A stretch of 32,000 nucleotides of DNA from an uncultured Pseudomonadales bacterium (GCA_943787895.1 CALSOE010000001.1:270965-302964); one strand, 5' to 3'. Shown: positions 17,990 to 27,770, counted from the stretch's first letter. Numbers and translations are program-made. The notes: a model not told the origin generated them from the sequence alone.

Positions 17990-20495
17990 TTAAAAACTGT
18001 TAACGGCTGCAGCGCCGAGCGCCAGCTGATAGATAACAGCACTGGTCTCGCTCCAGACGGTCAACGCGCGACGGCGATCAACATCAAGTGGCACGATAAT
18101 GGTGTCGCCAGGCTCAATCATTGAACGCCGATGCTTAAACCACCCCGACCGCTTAGGTAAGACCACAGAACCATTGGCCTTTACAACATAGATAAGCTTG
18201 GCATCGGCATAGCGATTGATACCGCCGCTGAGTTCAATATATTCTTTAATGGCTAAGCCCTTATTAAAGAGATGGGATGAGGGATGTTGAATCTCACCCA
18301 CTACAGAAATCTCCTGACGGTATTCCGGGATCACCAAGGCGTCGCCATCTTTAAGGATGATATCGTTCGCCGAGCCATCGAGAATATCGCCGAGGTCGAC
18401 AATTAAACGCCCAAGGGCTTGAGTGGCATCCAGCTGTTCAACAATCCGGCTGGTAACATCCGCACCACCGGATTTTCCTTCGTTGGCTTTCTCTAGACCA
18501 CTGGCAGCCACTTCGGCGCGCAGACGTTGGCGCAACCCCTCCAGCTGCTTGGTTTCCTGTTCACGGAGACCCTTGCGGGTAAATACCGCCGCGTCCGCAT
18601 GAGCCAGTTTGGTCAATCCACCTGCCCGGTGGATCACCTGAGTTAAGGTCTCTCCGCGCTTGAAGGTATAGACACCGGGGAATCTCACTTCGCCGTTTAA
18701 TTCAAGACTGAGATTTTCACGAAACTCGGGGATGCTGCGCACTGACACCACATCGTAGGGCTGTAGTTTCGGGTCTTTTTTCGGGTCGTTAAACGCTTTA
18801 CTGAGGGGAACTGTAAAATGGTCAGATGAATTCTGTTCAAGATTGCTAAAATCGTAGCGTGAGAGTTCGACAAACTGAGCGTAAGCGGACTCACTGAGTC
18901 CACCGGCAGCGGCAATCAATTGTGTAACCGTCATACCCTTAGTTAGGGGATATTTGCCCGGAGATCGGACTGTGCCGCTAACGGTTGCGATACGGGCCAT
19001 CTCTCCAGATCTCGACTGCAAGCGCAGCTCTTCTACTAACTCTTGCAATTGATCCGCGCGATTTTGCTCATTGGAGAAGACAATCAATTCGTCTTTGGGC
19101 ATAAAGGTGATATTAAATTCACTCTGAGAGTCGGCCAGCACCGCCCCTAAATCCACAAAGATTGGTTCAATTTTTCCCACCGGCGGAAGCTCCCGGCGCA
19201 CCAAGGCAAAGCCTAGATCAGCATCAGGCTTCAGCGCTTTAAGGTTTTTCACCAGGTCGGAAACCCGCAATCCAGCACGCCATAGCGACTCGCCTGGGTA
19301 GTGCACATGACCCGAGAGGGTAACAATCAGTTCCTGTTGGTCCACGGTCTGGTCAATGATTAATCGGTCGCCACTTTTTATCGCTGTATTCTTCCCCTTC
19401 GCCGTAGCCAGATCTAAATCCACTACCTGCATAAATCCAGAACTGGCAACTCGGTAGATCCGCGCACTCTGATTAAACGCATTGGGCTTAAGCCCACCGG
19501 CAAGTTCCACTAACTGCTGGGCGGTGAGACTGCCCTTTAACTCATAGATCGCCGGTCGTCTCACAGAGCCGTCTAACCGAGGCGGTCTTTTTCACCGTGG
19601 GAATATAGATCGCATCGCCAGATTGCAGCTGCGCATCATTGGAGGTGTCGCCCTGTAGTAACAGGTCGTAGAGATCAAGCGTCGAGATAAGCTTGCCACC
19701 GCGCTTGAGCTGGACATTGCGCAGCGAGGCGATATCACTCATACCACCAGAGACAAACAGCGCATTGGTAATGGTTGAAAGTGCCGAGATGGTATAGCTG
19801 CCGGGCTTGTAGGCTTCGCCGAGCATAAACACCTGTATCGAGCGCAGTTCACCCAAACTAATGCCGGCCTCGACGCCGATCATCTCGCGTTTGATGCGCT
19901 GCTGAAGTAATTGCTTGGCATCACTAAAGGTCATACCGGCTAGATTGATCGGCCCTAAGCTGGGGAAATCAATCGAGCCATCGCGGCTAATTTCAAGACT
20001 AAAGGTATCATTGAGTTTGCCATAAAAACCGACCTCGACAGTGTCGCCGGGGCCGAGTAGATAGTCGGGTGAAACCGGAATACGCGCAGCCTGCTCAAAA
20101 TCACTGGGTTCGCCAGCAAATAGGTCATAGCCAAATGGCGCTAACTTGCCGGGGTTCACGCTATACACGCGCTTCGGCTCGGGACTGATTGCTTCATCAG
20201 AACCAACGGCGGCCCCAGGTTGCTCGCCTTCACGCGGCGTGACCAGCGGCTCTTCTTCCTCGTCAATGTCGAGAAGTTCCACCAGATCGAGACTGCTACA
20301 GAGCTTGTCGAGATCATAGCCAGCGCTTTTCGCCAGCCTTTTTTCCTGATCGCCAATACTGCTACAGAGCTCTTGCGCCTCTTTTAAACCTTGGCTAGCC
20401 GCCTCAAGTGATACCTGCTGGGCTTGCACTGTGATACACAGAGACATCAGGGCGATGCCAAGGTAGAGCAAAAAAGAGCGGTGCCGGTTGTTCAT
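17990..20495 (-). pseudogene. Large Wza/KpsD-family polysaccharide export protein (Poly_export plus multiple SLBB domains), split by one frameshift near 19565-19590
   Basis: ORF 19542-20495 has a signal peptide, PDYLLGPGDTVEV and SLBB-like repeats, and ends out of frame (..IYIPTVKKTASVRRLCETTGDL*). Shifting one frame gives LDGSVRRPAIYELKG..., continuous with ORF 17990-19564. The combined protein is ~840 aa. The shift lies next to an A5 run. Confidence 0.8.
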
Positions 20496-20639
20496 AAACT
20501 GTTCCCTGTTAATGTTGTCGTGCTTCCATTCAAACTATTGCTATGGGTGCTAATACAGCACCTCAGCACTCTTATATACGCGCCCTGTCATACGCGCTTC
20601 CGATAAACCCACCTGATAAACCTTTATGAAAAACGCGGA

Positions 20640-21173
20640 TTAATCAGTGCCACTCAGATCCTTGGCCTCCAAACTGCTAAATGGCAGCGATGCTGAAACC
20701 TGTTGATTTAAGATATTGATTAATACTATAGCGCGCGCATCGCCATCGGGCTGAGAAAATACGGCATTTAAACCGCGAAAGGGTCCGTCGACCACCTGTA
20801 GTGAGTCCCCCGGTTTTGGCAAATCCGAGACCAGCTCATCATTGCTCGGGTCTGTGCGCTGCCTTAGCTGGGTAATCAGCGTCTCTGGGACTTTTACTGG
20901 CGCACCAGCGCAGGTGACAAAGTGACTGACACCGCGGGTGGAGCGAATACTGGTGGAAGAGACTGACTCGTGATCAAAGTTGACGAACAGATAGCCGGGG
21001 AACAGCGCTTCCCGCTTGACCACCCGTGAACCTCGGGAGACTTTTTCGATACGCATCATCGGGCAGAAGGAGTTGACCCCTTGGCGCTCAAGGTTCTCCA
21101 CTGCCCTATTTTCTTGTTTGGATTTTGTCTGCAACAAAAACCAGTTTTCCTTAACCTGTTCCATACCCACCAT
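20640..21173 (-). CDS. rfaH: RfaH-type (NusG paralog) transcription antiterminator
   Basis: Aligns by eye with E. coli RfaH: WFLLQTKSKQE..A.ENLERQGVN.FCPM, EALFPGYLFVNFD, RSTRGVSHFV, and PGD...V.DGPF.GLNAVF..PDGDARAIVLINILN. The start could be the Met at 21164. Confidence 0.85.
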   Translation of the reverse strand: MVGMEQVKENWFLLQTKSKQENRAVENLERQGVNSFCPMMRIEKVSRGSRVVKREALFPGYLFVNFDHESVSSTSIRSTRGVSHFVTCAGAPVKVPETLITQLRQRTDPSNDELVSDLPKPGDSLQVVDGPFRGLNAVFSQPDGDARAIVLINILNQQVSASLPFSSLEAKDLSGTD

Positions 21174-21206
21174 CCTGTGAGAGTTTGTTTAAATGTTGGT
21201 TGATAC

Positions 21207-22574
21207 TCAGTCAAGCAGTGCAAGAAGCTCCTGCTGACACTGGGCTAACAGCACTCTGTCGCCGCGGGTTTCAAGGTTGAGTCGCACTACCGGTTCGGTG
21301 TTGCTCATGCGCAGATTAAAGCGCCACTGGGGGAATTCCATTGAAATGCCGTCACTGTCATCGACTGCAAGGGCACTGGCCTGATAGTGCGCGCGCACAC
21401 GCTCTATGGCAGCGGCGGGATCGGCGATTTTGCGGTTGATTTCGCCGGGGGATGGATAGGCTTCAACCATTTCGCCCACCAGCGCAGAGAGCGGCTTGCC
21501 ACTGCGGGTAATCAGCTCCATCACCAGCAGCCAAGGGATCATGCCACTGTCGCAATAAAAGAAGTCACGGAAGTAATGGTGGGCACTCATTTCGCCGCCA
21601 TAAACCGCATCTTCCGCACGCATACGCTCTTTGATAAAGGCGTGACCAGTCTTTGACTGCACTGCACGACCACCGCCCTTTTTGGCCACTTCGATGGTGT
21701 TCCATGTGAGCCGTGGATCGTGAACAATTTTGGCGCCAGGATTTTTCAGCAGAAAGGCTTCGGCGAGCAGGCCAACAATATAGTAACCCTCAATAAAGTT
21801 GCCCTTTTCATCCACCAGGAAGCAGCGATCAAAATCCCCGTCCCAGGCAATGCCCATATCCGCACTGTGCTCTAGCACTGCATCAATAGTCGGCGCGCGA
21901 TTTTCATGGAGAATAGGATTGGGAATGCCGTTGGGGAAGGTGCCATCCGGCTCATTAAAGATTTTAACGATTTCGATGGGCAGCTTCAGCTCAGCAAAGC
22001 GCTTTTCGATGGCGTCCACCACATGGCCCGCAGCACCGTTGCCGGCGTTCATGACTAACTTAAGCGGGGTAATCGCACTGTTATCGATATAGCCCAGCAG
22101 ATGGTCGAGATAGGCATCGAGAATCGAGACCTGTTTGTAGTCACCGCGAGCCGCCGGATCGCTAGCCGGAAAATTATTCTCTTCTGCCAGGCGCTTAATA
22201 TCCAGCAGACCAGTATCTGAACTGATCGGCCTAGAGCCCTCACGGATCGGCTTCATGCCGTTATAGTCAATGGGGTTGTGGCTGGCGGTCACTTCAATAC
22301 CACCATCGGCATTCAGGTGCGAGGTGGCAAAGTAGACCTCTTCTGTTCCCACCATACCAATATCAATCACATCGGCACCGGCATCGCGGATGCCCTCACT
22401 GAGTGCGGTTTTAAGCGCCTCACTGGTCAGGCGAATATCGCCACCCAGAACAATACTTTTCGGTTTTAGAAACTCGGCGTAGGCGCGACCGATGCGGTAG
22501 GCTATTTCTTCATCCAGCTCAGTGCCAAGTTGGCCTCGAATATCATAGGCTTTAAAGCAGGTCAGCTCGGTCAT
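21207..22574 (-). CDS. manB: Phosphomannomutase (ManB/CpsG type)
   Basis: Near-colinear with remembered E. coli CpsG/ManB. Shared blocks are [83 protein letters not shown] and [25 protein letters not shown]. Confidence 0.92.
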   Translation of the reverse strand: MTELTCFKAYDIRGQLGTELDEEIAYRIGRAYAEFLKPKSIVLGGDIRLTSEALKTALSEGIRDAGADVIDIGMVGTEEVYFATSHLNADGGIEVTASHNPIDYNGMKPIREGSRPISSDTGLLDIKRLAEENNFPASDPAARGDYKQVSILDAYLDHLLGYIDNSAITPLKLVMNAGNGAAGHVVDAIEKRFAELKLPIEIVKIFNEPDGTFPNGIPNPILHENRAPTIDAVLEHSADMGIAWDGDFDRCFLVDEKGNFIEGYYIVGLLAEAFLLKNPGAKIVHDPRLTWNTIEVAKKGGGRAVQSKTGHAFIKERMRAEDAVYGGEMSAHHYFRDFFYCDSGMIPWLLVMELITRSGKPLSALVGEMVEAYPSPGEINRKIADPAAAIERVRAHYQASALAVDDSDGISMEFPQWRFNLRMSNTEPVVRLNLETRGDRVLLAQCQQELLALLD

Positions 22575-22786
22575 TGTTAATTCTCTTGTGAGGGGGCCGA
22601 AGATCAGCTTCCCCTGATATAAATATTTAAAAGCCGTTATCCAAAGCCCTGTGCGGCACGGATAACAGCCAAGCGATTTAAACTACAGTTTATGCGTATT
22701 AGTATAGCTTAGATTATATGAAGCAGCCGGATTATACAGAGTTGCTAACGTTACTAGAGTTACTTCAGCGCTTACTACAGCAACTA

Positions 22787-24556
22787 TTACAGCGGCCAAA
22801 ACAGCGGCACCAAAAACACCACCGTCACGCCAACCATCAAACTAAGCAAAATTCCAACACGAAAATAGTCGGCAAAATGGTAGCCCCCCGGACCCTGAAC
22901 CATGAGGTTAGTTTGATAGCCGAACGGCGTCAAGAAACTAGCCGATGCCGCGAACATTATTATCATTACAAAGGGTAATAGACTCGCATCCAGCTCAACA
23001 CTCAAGGCCTGGGCCAGTGGAAACATCAGTACCGCGGCGGCATTGTTGGTAATTAATTCGGTGGCCATCACCGTGGCTATATAGAGCAGTACTAGATATA
23101 AAAACGGGTTGCCATCTGCCAGCAGAATAATCCCCTGAGCCGCAATATCCGCCAGACCGGTTTTTTGCAAGGCAAAGCCCAGGGCCAGAGATGCACCAAT
23201 AGCCAGTAATACCCTAAAATCGATACTGCGCTGGGCAAACTCCATGGAGATACAACCGGTTGCCGCCAAGGCCACAACCAGCAACAGAGAGGCCGCCACC
23301 AATGACATAAGACCGGATACAACCACCACCACAAACAAGCCCAGCAGCCCCAAGGCGATAGGCGCCTTGCTGACATCGGGAATGCTGGCATCATCAATTC
23401 GACTGAGTAACAAGAAATCACGACTGTAGCGATGGCGACGGACAAAGCCCCGCGCCGCTTCCAACAGCAAGGTGTCACCAGCACGGAGAACAATGCTGCC
23501 GACTTTTTGATTAATTCTGTCGCCATTGCGCGACACCGAGAGAATCACACCGCCAAACATGGTTCTAAAGCTAGAGGCCTTCACCGTCTTGCCAACCAGA
23601 TTGGACACCGGTGAAATCACCGCCTCGATTAGCGCTCTAGAGCTGTAGGGCACATCGAGTTTTAACACCTCACCCTCGGCCGGCACCAAACCACGGAACT
23701 GGCGCAACTCGCTAACCCCTTCCGGCTGGCCAACAAAGATCAATATATCGTTGCCACTGAGAATTTCCTCCGGGCCCACGGCGGGAATAATATGGCCTTT
23801 GGATTGGATCTCTGACAAAAAGCTAAACTGCAAATGGCGTAACCCGGCCTCGGCAATCGACATACCCGCCAGGGGGCCGCCCTCTTCGACACGCATGCTC
23901 ACCGCATATTCGCGAGTATCCGGCATGCTTTCCACCACACCGCCACGATCCGGAAGCAAGCGATGGCCGATCACCACAAAATAGACAATGCCCAAGATCA
24001 CCAATGGAATGCCGATCAGCGCCGGACTAAACAGACTCAGACTATTTGCCTCAGGGGTGCTCTGGAGCATACCCACCACCAAGATATTGGTACTGGTGCC
24101 AATCAGCGTGCAGGTGCCGCCCAAAATCGAGGCATAGCTCAAGGGAATCAGCAGCTTCGACACCGACAGCTTGTGGCGTCGCGCCCAGTCTTGAATCAAG
24201 GGGATAAAGATCGCCACCACCGGCGTATTGCTGATCATCGAGCTAGAGAGGGCCACCGGCCCCATAATCCGAGGGATAGCCCCTTTAATCGAGCCACTGT
24301 TGCCGAGCAGGCGCATCACCCACCAGTGCAGTGCGCCACTCTCTTTCAGCGCGGAGGCAACAACATAAAAGCAGGCGATAATAAACAGGGCTGGATTGGA
24401 AAAGCCGGAAAAGGCCTCATTGGGGGTCAACACCCCAAACACTAACAGCGCCACCATAGCCCCAGCTAGAGCGAAATCCACCGCCAGGCGGCCGCGAATA
24501 ATAATGCCGAGAAAGACCAGCAGCACGCCAAGTGTGATTAGTGCATCAAGACTCAT
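22787..24556 (-). CDS. SLC13/DASS-family anion permease with two central TrkA-C (RCK_C) domains
   Basis: 589 aa. Hydrophobic N- and C-terminal transporter halves flank a soluble ~170-aa insert with two repeats of the TrkA-C pattern (..GGPLAGMSIAEAGLR..., ...SNLVGKTVKASSFR...GGVILSVSRNG). The substrate is unknown. Confidence 0.75.
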   Translation of the reverse strand: MSLDALITLGVLLVFLGIIIRGRLAVDFALAGAMVALLVFGVLTPNEAFSGFSNPALFIIACFYVVASALKESGALHWWVMRLLGNSGSIKGAIPRIMGPVALSSSMISNTPVVAIFIPLIQDWARRHKLSVSKLLIPLSYASILGGTCTLIGTSTNILVVGMLQSTPEANSLSLFSPALIGIPLVILGIVYFVVIGHRLLPDRGGVVESMPDTREYAVSMRVEEGGPLAGMSIAEAGLRHLQFSFLSEIQSKGHIIPAVGPEEILSGNDILIFVGQPEGVSELRQFRGLVPAEGEVLKLDVPYSSRALIEAVISPVSNLVGKTVKASSFRTMFGGVILSVSRNGDRINQKVGSIVLRAGDTLLLEAARGFVRRHRYSRDFLLLSRIDDASIPDVSKAPIALGLLGLFVVVVVSGLMSLVAASLLLVVALAATGCISMEFAQRSIDFRVLLAIGASLALGFALQKTGLADIAAQGIILLADGNPFLYLVLLYIATVMATELITNNAAAVLMFPLAQALSVELDASLLPFVMIIMFAASASFLTPFGYQTNLMVQGPGGYHFADYFRVGILLSLMVGVTVVFLVPLFWPL

Positions 24557-24607
24557 TGATCGATCTGCCCCTTAATAACTTTTAAAAAAAACCTTTTTTC
24601 AGCCCAT

Positions 24608-24638
24608 AAAAAAATCCGGCCGCCTGAGCGACCGGATT
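24608..24638 (-). terminator. Rho-independent terminator downstream of the ComEA-like gene
   Basis: The minus strand has the stem ATCCGG...CCGGAT (24614-24619 / 24632-24637) followed by a run of 7 T (seen as A7 at 24608-24614 on the plus strand). It lies 20 nt after the stop at 24659. Confidence 0.6.
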
Positions 24639-24658
24639 ATTCTACATGACTAGCCTGG

Positions 24659-24979
24659 TTATTTGAGCAATATACGCGCGGAATTTTTCTGTACCGTCCG
24701 ACTGCCGATGCCTTTGACCATAGTAAACGCCTCAAGACTCTCAAATGCGCCATTGGCCTCGCGATAGGCGACAACCGCCTTAGCCTTTTTCAGTCCAACC
24801 CCTTTAAGGGCCTTAGCAATTTCAACCGCAGAGGCACTATTGATATTAACCTGTTGCTGAGCCTGCTCGGCTGACGGCGAACTGCTCTTTTCAGCAGATG
24901 CCGCCATCGCCGGTACCGATCCGGCCAGAGCTATTAAGGAAGCCCCGATCAAGAGCATTTTTTTACTTGTTTCTAACAT
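24659..24979 (-). CDS. comEA: ComEA-family periplasmic helix-hairpin-helix DNA-binding protein
   Basis: Signal peptide (LIGASLIALAGSVPAMAA), followed by VNINSASAVEIAKALKGVGLKKAKAVVAYREANGAFESLEAF..VKGIGSRTV, the ComEA tandem HhH pattern. Confidence 0.75.
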   Translation of the reverse strand: MLETSKKMLLIGASLIALAGSVPAMAASAEKSSSPSAEQAQQQVNINSASAVEIAKALKGVGLKKAKAVVAYREANGAFESLEAFTMVKGIGSRTVQKNSARILLK

Positions 24980-25156
24980 GGTCTAACTCCTTGTAAGATT
25001 ACATAAGAATGTCATCACCTATAGTCCCTGTTGACCTGCTGATAGCCCAGTTCACAGAGCGTTCACGATCAAGCGGCATGACGCAATAATACTGGCAAAG
25101 ACAACTTCCGGATCGGCAAGACTGGATCACAAAAAAACTAATTTGCTCCTAGGCAA

Positions 25157-25185
25157 TTGACAAAATCTTCCGCGGTTACTATAGT
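25157..25185 (+). promoter_or_regulatory. Sigma70-type promoter upstream of tRNA-Leu
   Basis: TTGACA (25157-25162), a 17-nt spacer and TATAGT (25180-25185), followed by the GC-rich discriminator tcgcgcccgc. It sits ~150 nt upstream of the tRNA. Confidence 0.5.
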
Positions 25186-25336
25186 TCGCGCCCGCTGTGT
25201 GAGCGGCTACAGGTTTCGGCCTGAAGAGGGTCACAGTGATAGCGGAATTAGCAGCACCAAGTCAGTACCTTAAGTAGTGCTGAGATGGTTAAACGCAAGG
25301 TTTGCCTCTCACAGAGAAAGACAGTTTTATTGTTAT

Positions 25337-25423
25337 GCCCAGGTGGCGAAATTGGTAGACGCGCTAGCTTCAGGTGCTAGTCCTCGCAAGGGGGTGGAGG
25401 TTCAAGTCCTCTCCTGGGCACCA
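25337..25423 (+). tRNA. tRNA-Leu (anticodon CAG), type II with long variable arm, encoded CCA
   Basis: Acceptor GCCCAGG/CCTGGGC, anticodon stem CTAGC/GCTAG with loop TTCAGGT, T-arm GGAGG-TTCAAGT-CCTCT, and terminal ACCA. It closely resembles enterobacterial tRNA-Leu(CAG). Confidence 0.93.
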
Positions 25424-25566
25424 TTAAAATCTAAAGAACGACTTCGGCTGTACACTCCCTCTAAGCGCACTAAATCCAACCGGGACTTGAACCGTTACGA
25501 GGTTCACAAACACTGCCCACGGCAGAGTTTGGACGAGTCGCAAAGCGACGAAGCCCCGCAGGGGTC

Positions 25567-25589
25567 AAAACAGCCCATAGGCTGTTTTT
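25567..25589 (+). terminator. Intrinsic terminator hairpin inside repeat unit 1
   Basis: AAAACAGCC-cata-GGCTGTTTT followed by T/A. It probably ends the tRNA-Leu transcript or a unit-1 RNA. Confidence 0.55.
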
Positions 25590-25847
25590 ATCAACTCCTC
25601 TCCGAGCTACGGAGCACAATACATATTTACCCAGCCCTACTATCTATTGCACCAACTTCCTACACAGCATTAAAACTAAAGAACAACTTCGGCAGTACCC
25701 CCCTATCTAAGCGCACTAAATCCCAACCGGGACTTGAACCGATAAGAGGTTCACAAACACTGCCCACGGCAGAGTTTGGACAAAGGCAGATTTTTGCTCC
25801 TGCAAAGTCTGCATACATGCCATCCCTGGCAATACCCCGCAGGGGTC

Positions 25848-25870
25848 AAAACAGCCCAAAGGCTGTTTTT
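25848..25870 (+). terminator. Intrinsic terminator hairpin inside repeat unit 2
   Basis: AAAACAGCC-caaa-GGCTGTTTTT. This is the same stem as in unit 1, with a single loop substitution. Confidence 0.55.
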
Positions 25871-26113
25871 ATCAACTCCTCTCCGACCTACGGAGCACAA
25901 TACATATTTACCCAGCCCTACTATCTATTGCACCTACTTGCCTCGCAGCACAAAGCACCAGCAGCGTTTAGCAGCAGTCACCTGCTACGGATCGTAAGGT
26001 CTAATTAGTTGCCCTCACCCTACAAGGGTATCTCAGCCAGCTTTCACCAGCATTTTCCAAGAGCTGGTTAAAAAATAAGCGATAAGGCCCTAATTACTAG
26101 GCCTTTGAAGTGA

Positions 26114-26380
26114 GAAAAATCAAATAAGTGGTATAGAAAGGCTGCTGACCAAAGTCATGCCAGCGCTCAGTACAACCTAGGTCTTAAGTATACCAATGGC
26201 GAAGGGGTTCCTGAGAATAGCATTCGCACATACGTTTGGTTGTCTATGGCTAAGACACAAGGTGAAGAAGATGCAACTACCATCGACATACTCAAGACTG
26301 AGATGACACCGCAGCAGATAGCAGATGGTCAAGCCCTAGCAACCAAGTGCTACGCGTCTAACTACAAAGACTGTGATTAA
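26114..26380 (+). pseudogene. C-terminal fragment of a Sel1-repeat (TPR-like) protein
   Basis: My translation of the open frame gives KWYRKAADQSHASAQYNLGLKYTNGEGVPENSIRTYVWLSMAKTQGEEDA...QQIADGQALATKCYASNYKDCD*. It begins mid-repeat right after a stop at 26111-26113, with no start codon or signal peptide. Confidence 0.6.
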
Positions 26381-26622
26381 TATCGTAGGGAGCTAATGTG
26401 AAGAAGTTTATTAAACTCTTGGGATACTTATCGGGCATAAACACCATAAAAATCACCAGCTTAAAAAGTAAGGGCCTGATTGGGTACCCTAAAGGTACTC
26501 GATTAAGCCCTTTTATTACACTCTAAAAGCCCCAGCACCCTTAAACCACTAGCAATATCAGGCATGCCTCTTGCCCTTTTTAAAACAAAAAAGTTCTTTT
26601 AATTTTGATTTTTCGGTTAAAT

Positions 26623-27249
26623 TTACTGAACTGAAAATCCATTCAAAAATTCACTGGTCTCATTTTTATATTTCCCAGCTAACCCATTTGACGTATACAC
26701 AAGGTATTGAGTAGAACCGGATTCGTTTGAAAAGTAGTACCCTTTGTAGACAAACTCTACTCCACTAAGTGGTGCTAGCGTCTCCATATATAAAACCTTG
26801 TTTCCATTAACTACTCTATATTCTTTATGTATTACTTTAGCAGCGGGAGCTACGCTTCTAAAATTTATCATTGCTGCTGATGCCAAAGTTTCAATAGGAA
26901 GTTCCATGCCTTCAGTAATTACCATTCCATATAGGTCTTCTCCCTTAAGAGTAAATGAATATTCGTGTGAATCACCAACCTCTTTCTCAAATGACCATAA
27001 CTTTGGGTTAAATGAAAACTGAGAGTTAGTTACCTGACTCTTGAGGTTAAAAGATGCTTTTTTTCCTTTGTTAAATTCTTTTTTATTTAGAGGTATTTCA
27101 GCAAACTCTTTTATATTCTCGTTAGACTGATAAGACCAAGTGCCATCGGATTTTAAAATTACTATATCACCGGTATCGCTCACTGCTGTCTGATTAGCAT
27201 TTGATAGTGTAGAAAAAATAACTAAAAGGAAAAAGACATATTTGTTCAT
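26623..27249 (-). CDS. Hypothetical secreted protein (signal peptide, beta-rich)
   Basis: 208 aa. The N-terminal signal is MNKYVFFLLVIFSTLSNA. I recognise no family. AT-rich codon usage. Confidence 0.55.
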   Translation of the reverse strand: MNKYVFFLLVIFSTLSNANQTAVSDTGDIVILKSDGTWSYQSNENIKEFAEIPLNKKEFNKGKKASFNLKSQVTNSQFSFNPKLWSFEKEVGDSHEYSFTLKGEDLYGMVITEGMELPIETLASAAMINFRSVAPAAKVIHKEYRVVNGNKVLYMETLAPLSGVEFVYKGYYFSNESGSTQYLVYTSNGLAGKYKNETSEFLNGFSVQ

Positions 27250-27387
27250 AAAAAACCCCTGAAATTCAAATTAAATTTATTACTATAGCCTGAAAAACTA
27301 GTCATCTCTCAGTAGCATACATCATCCCAGTCAGCAAAGCTGAACGGGCTTAGTAACATTAAGGCTAGTAGTAGTTTTTTCATAATA

Positions 27388-27627
27388 TTAATCACACTCT
27401 TGGTAGTTAGAGTTGTAGCATGTAGCTGCTAGGGTTTGGGCATCCGCTATCTGCTGCGCTGTCATCCTAAACTTCCTATGTCCATTGATTAAATTCGCAG
27501 CCATGGCATTACCCTGTGTCTTTGCCACAGAAAACCAGACGTATCCACGAATGTTATTCTCTGGAACACCGTCACCTGAGATATACATTACAGCTAGGTT
27601 TAATTGAGCCTTAGCATCCGGTTTCAA
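27388..27627 (-). pseudogene. C-terminal fragment of a Sel1-repeat protein, paralogous to 26114-26380
   Basis: ..DAKAQLNLAVMYISGDGVPENNIRGYVWFSVAKTQGN...QQIADAQTLAATCYNSNYQECD*. It has the same C-terminal architecture as the plus-strand fragment. It starts at a TTG directly after a stop, with no signal peptide, so it is probably truncated. Confidence 0.55.
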
Positions 27628-27770
27628 GAGAGTCTAAACCACAATCAACTCTTGAAAATTCATTTTCACTCTACTCTTTTTTTAAAAACTGATATTTTCT
27701 AAATTGGACAATAAATTCGTAATATTAAATTCCATCTATTACCTCTATATCCGGCCCCTATGTCCGGTTT

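Larger units (their letters stand above)
25422..25938 (+). repeat. Two tandem copies of a ~246-bp structured unit starting at the tRNA 3' end
   Basis: Unit 1 spans ~25422-25667 and unit 2 ~25668-25938. They are near-identical for long stretches (ctaaagaac.acttcggc.gtac...taagcgcactaaatcc.aaccgggacttgaaccg...ggttcacaaacactgcccacggcagagtttggac ... ccccgcaggggtcaaaacagccca.aggctgtttttatcaactcctctccga.ctacggagcacaatacatatttacccagccctactatctattgcacc). One indel block differs: 25533-25553 versus 25779-25832. Confidence 0.85.

Noticed and set aside
22636-22666. Hairpin GTTATCC...GGATAAC after the permease gene as a terminator
   Set aside because: The loop is long (17 nt) and the trailing T-run on the minus strand is only 4 nt. 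This is too weak to call.
22718-22978. 86-aa plus-strand ORF with LLQRLLQQLLQRPKQRHQKHHRH
   Set aside because: It is low-complexity and overlaps the C-terminal end of the permease gene on the opposite strand, so it is probably spurious.
23963-24445. 160-aa plus-strand ORF (and 23092-23526 minus, out of frame) within the SLC13 permease gene
   Set aside because: Its Arg/His/Gln-rich composition is typical of antisense or off-frame reading of a GC-rich membrane-protein gene, and it has no motifs.
25470-25495. tRNA-like T-arm (ggttcaagtccc on the minus strand) inside each repeat unit, suggesting tRNA pseudogenes
   Set aside because: The flanking bases do not pair as a T-stem and no acceptor or anticodon arms can be drawn. 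The similarity is limited to ~12 nt.
25422-25938. Possibility that the tandem repeats are a CRISPR array
   Set aside because: There are only two units of ~246 bp with no short repeat/unique-spacer alternation, and no cas genes in the window.
25277-26008. 243-aa plus-strand ORF spanning tRNA-Leu and the tandem repeats
   Set aside because: It reads straight through a canonical tRNA gene and two intrinsic terminators, its sequence is repetitive because the DNA is, and it has no recognisable domain. It is an artefact of stop-free repeat DNA.
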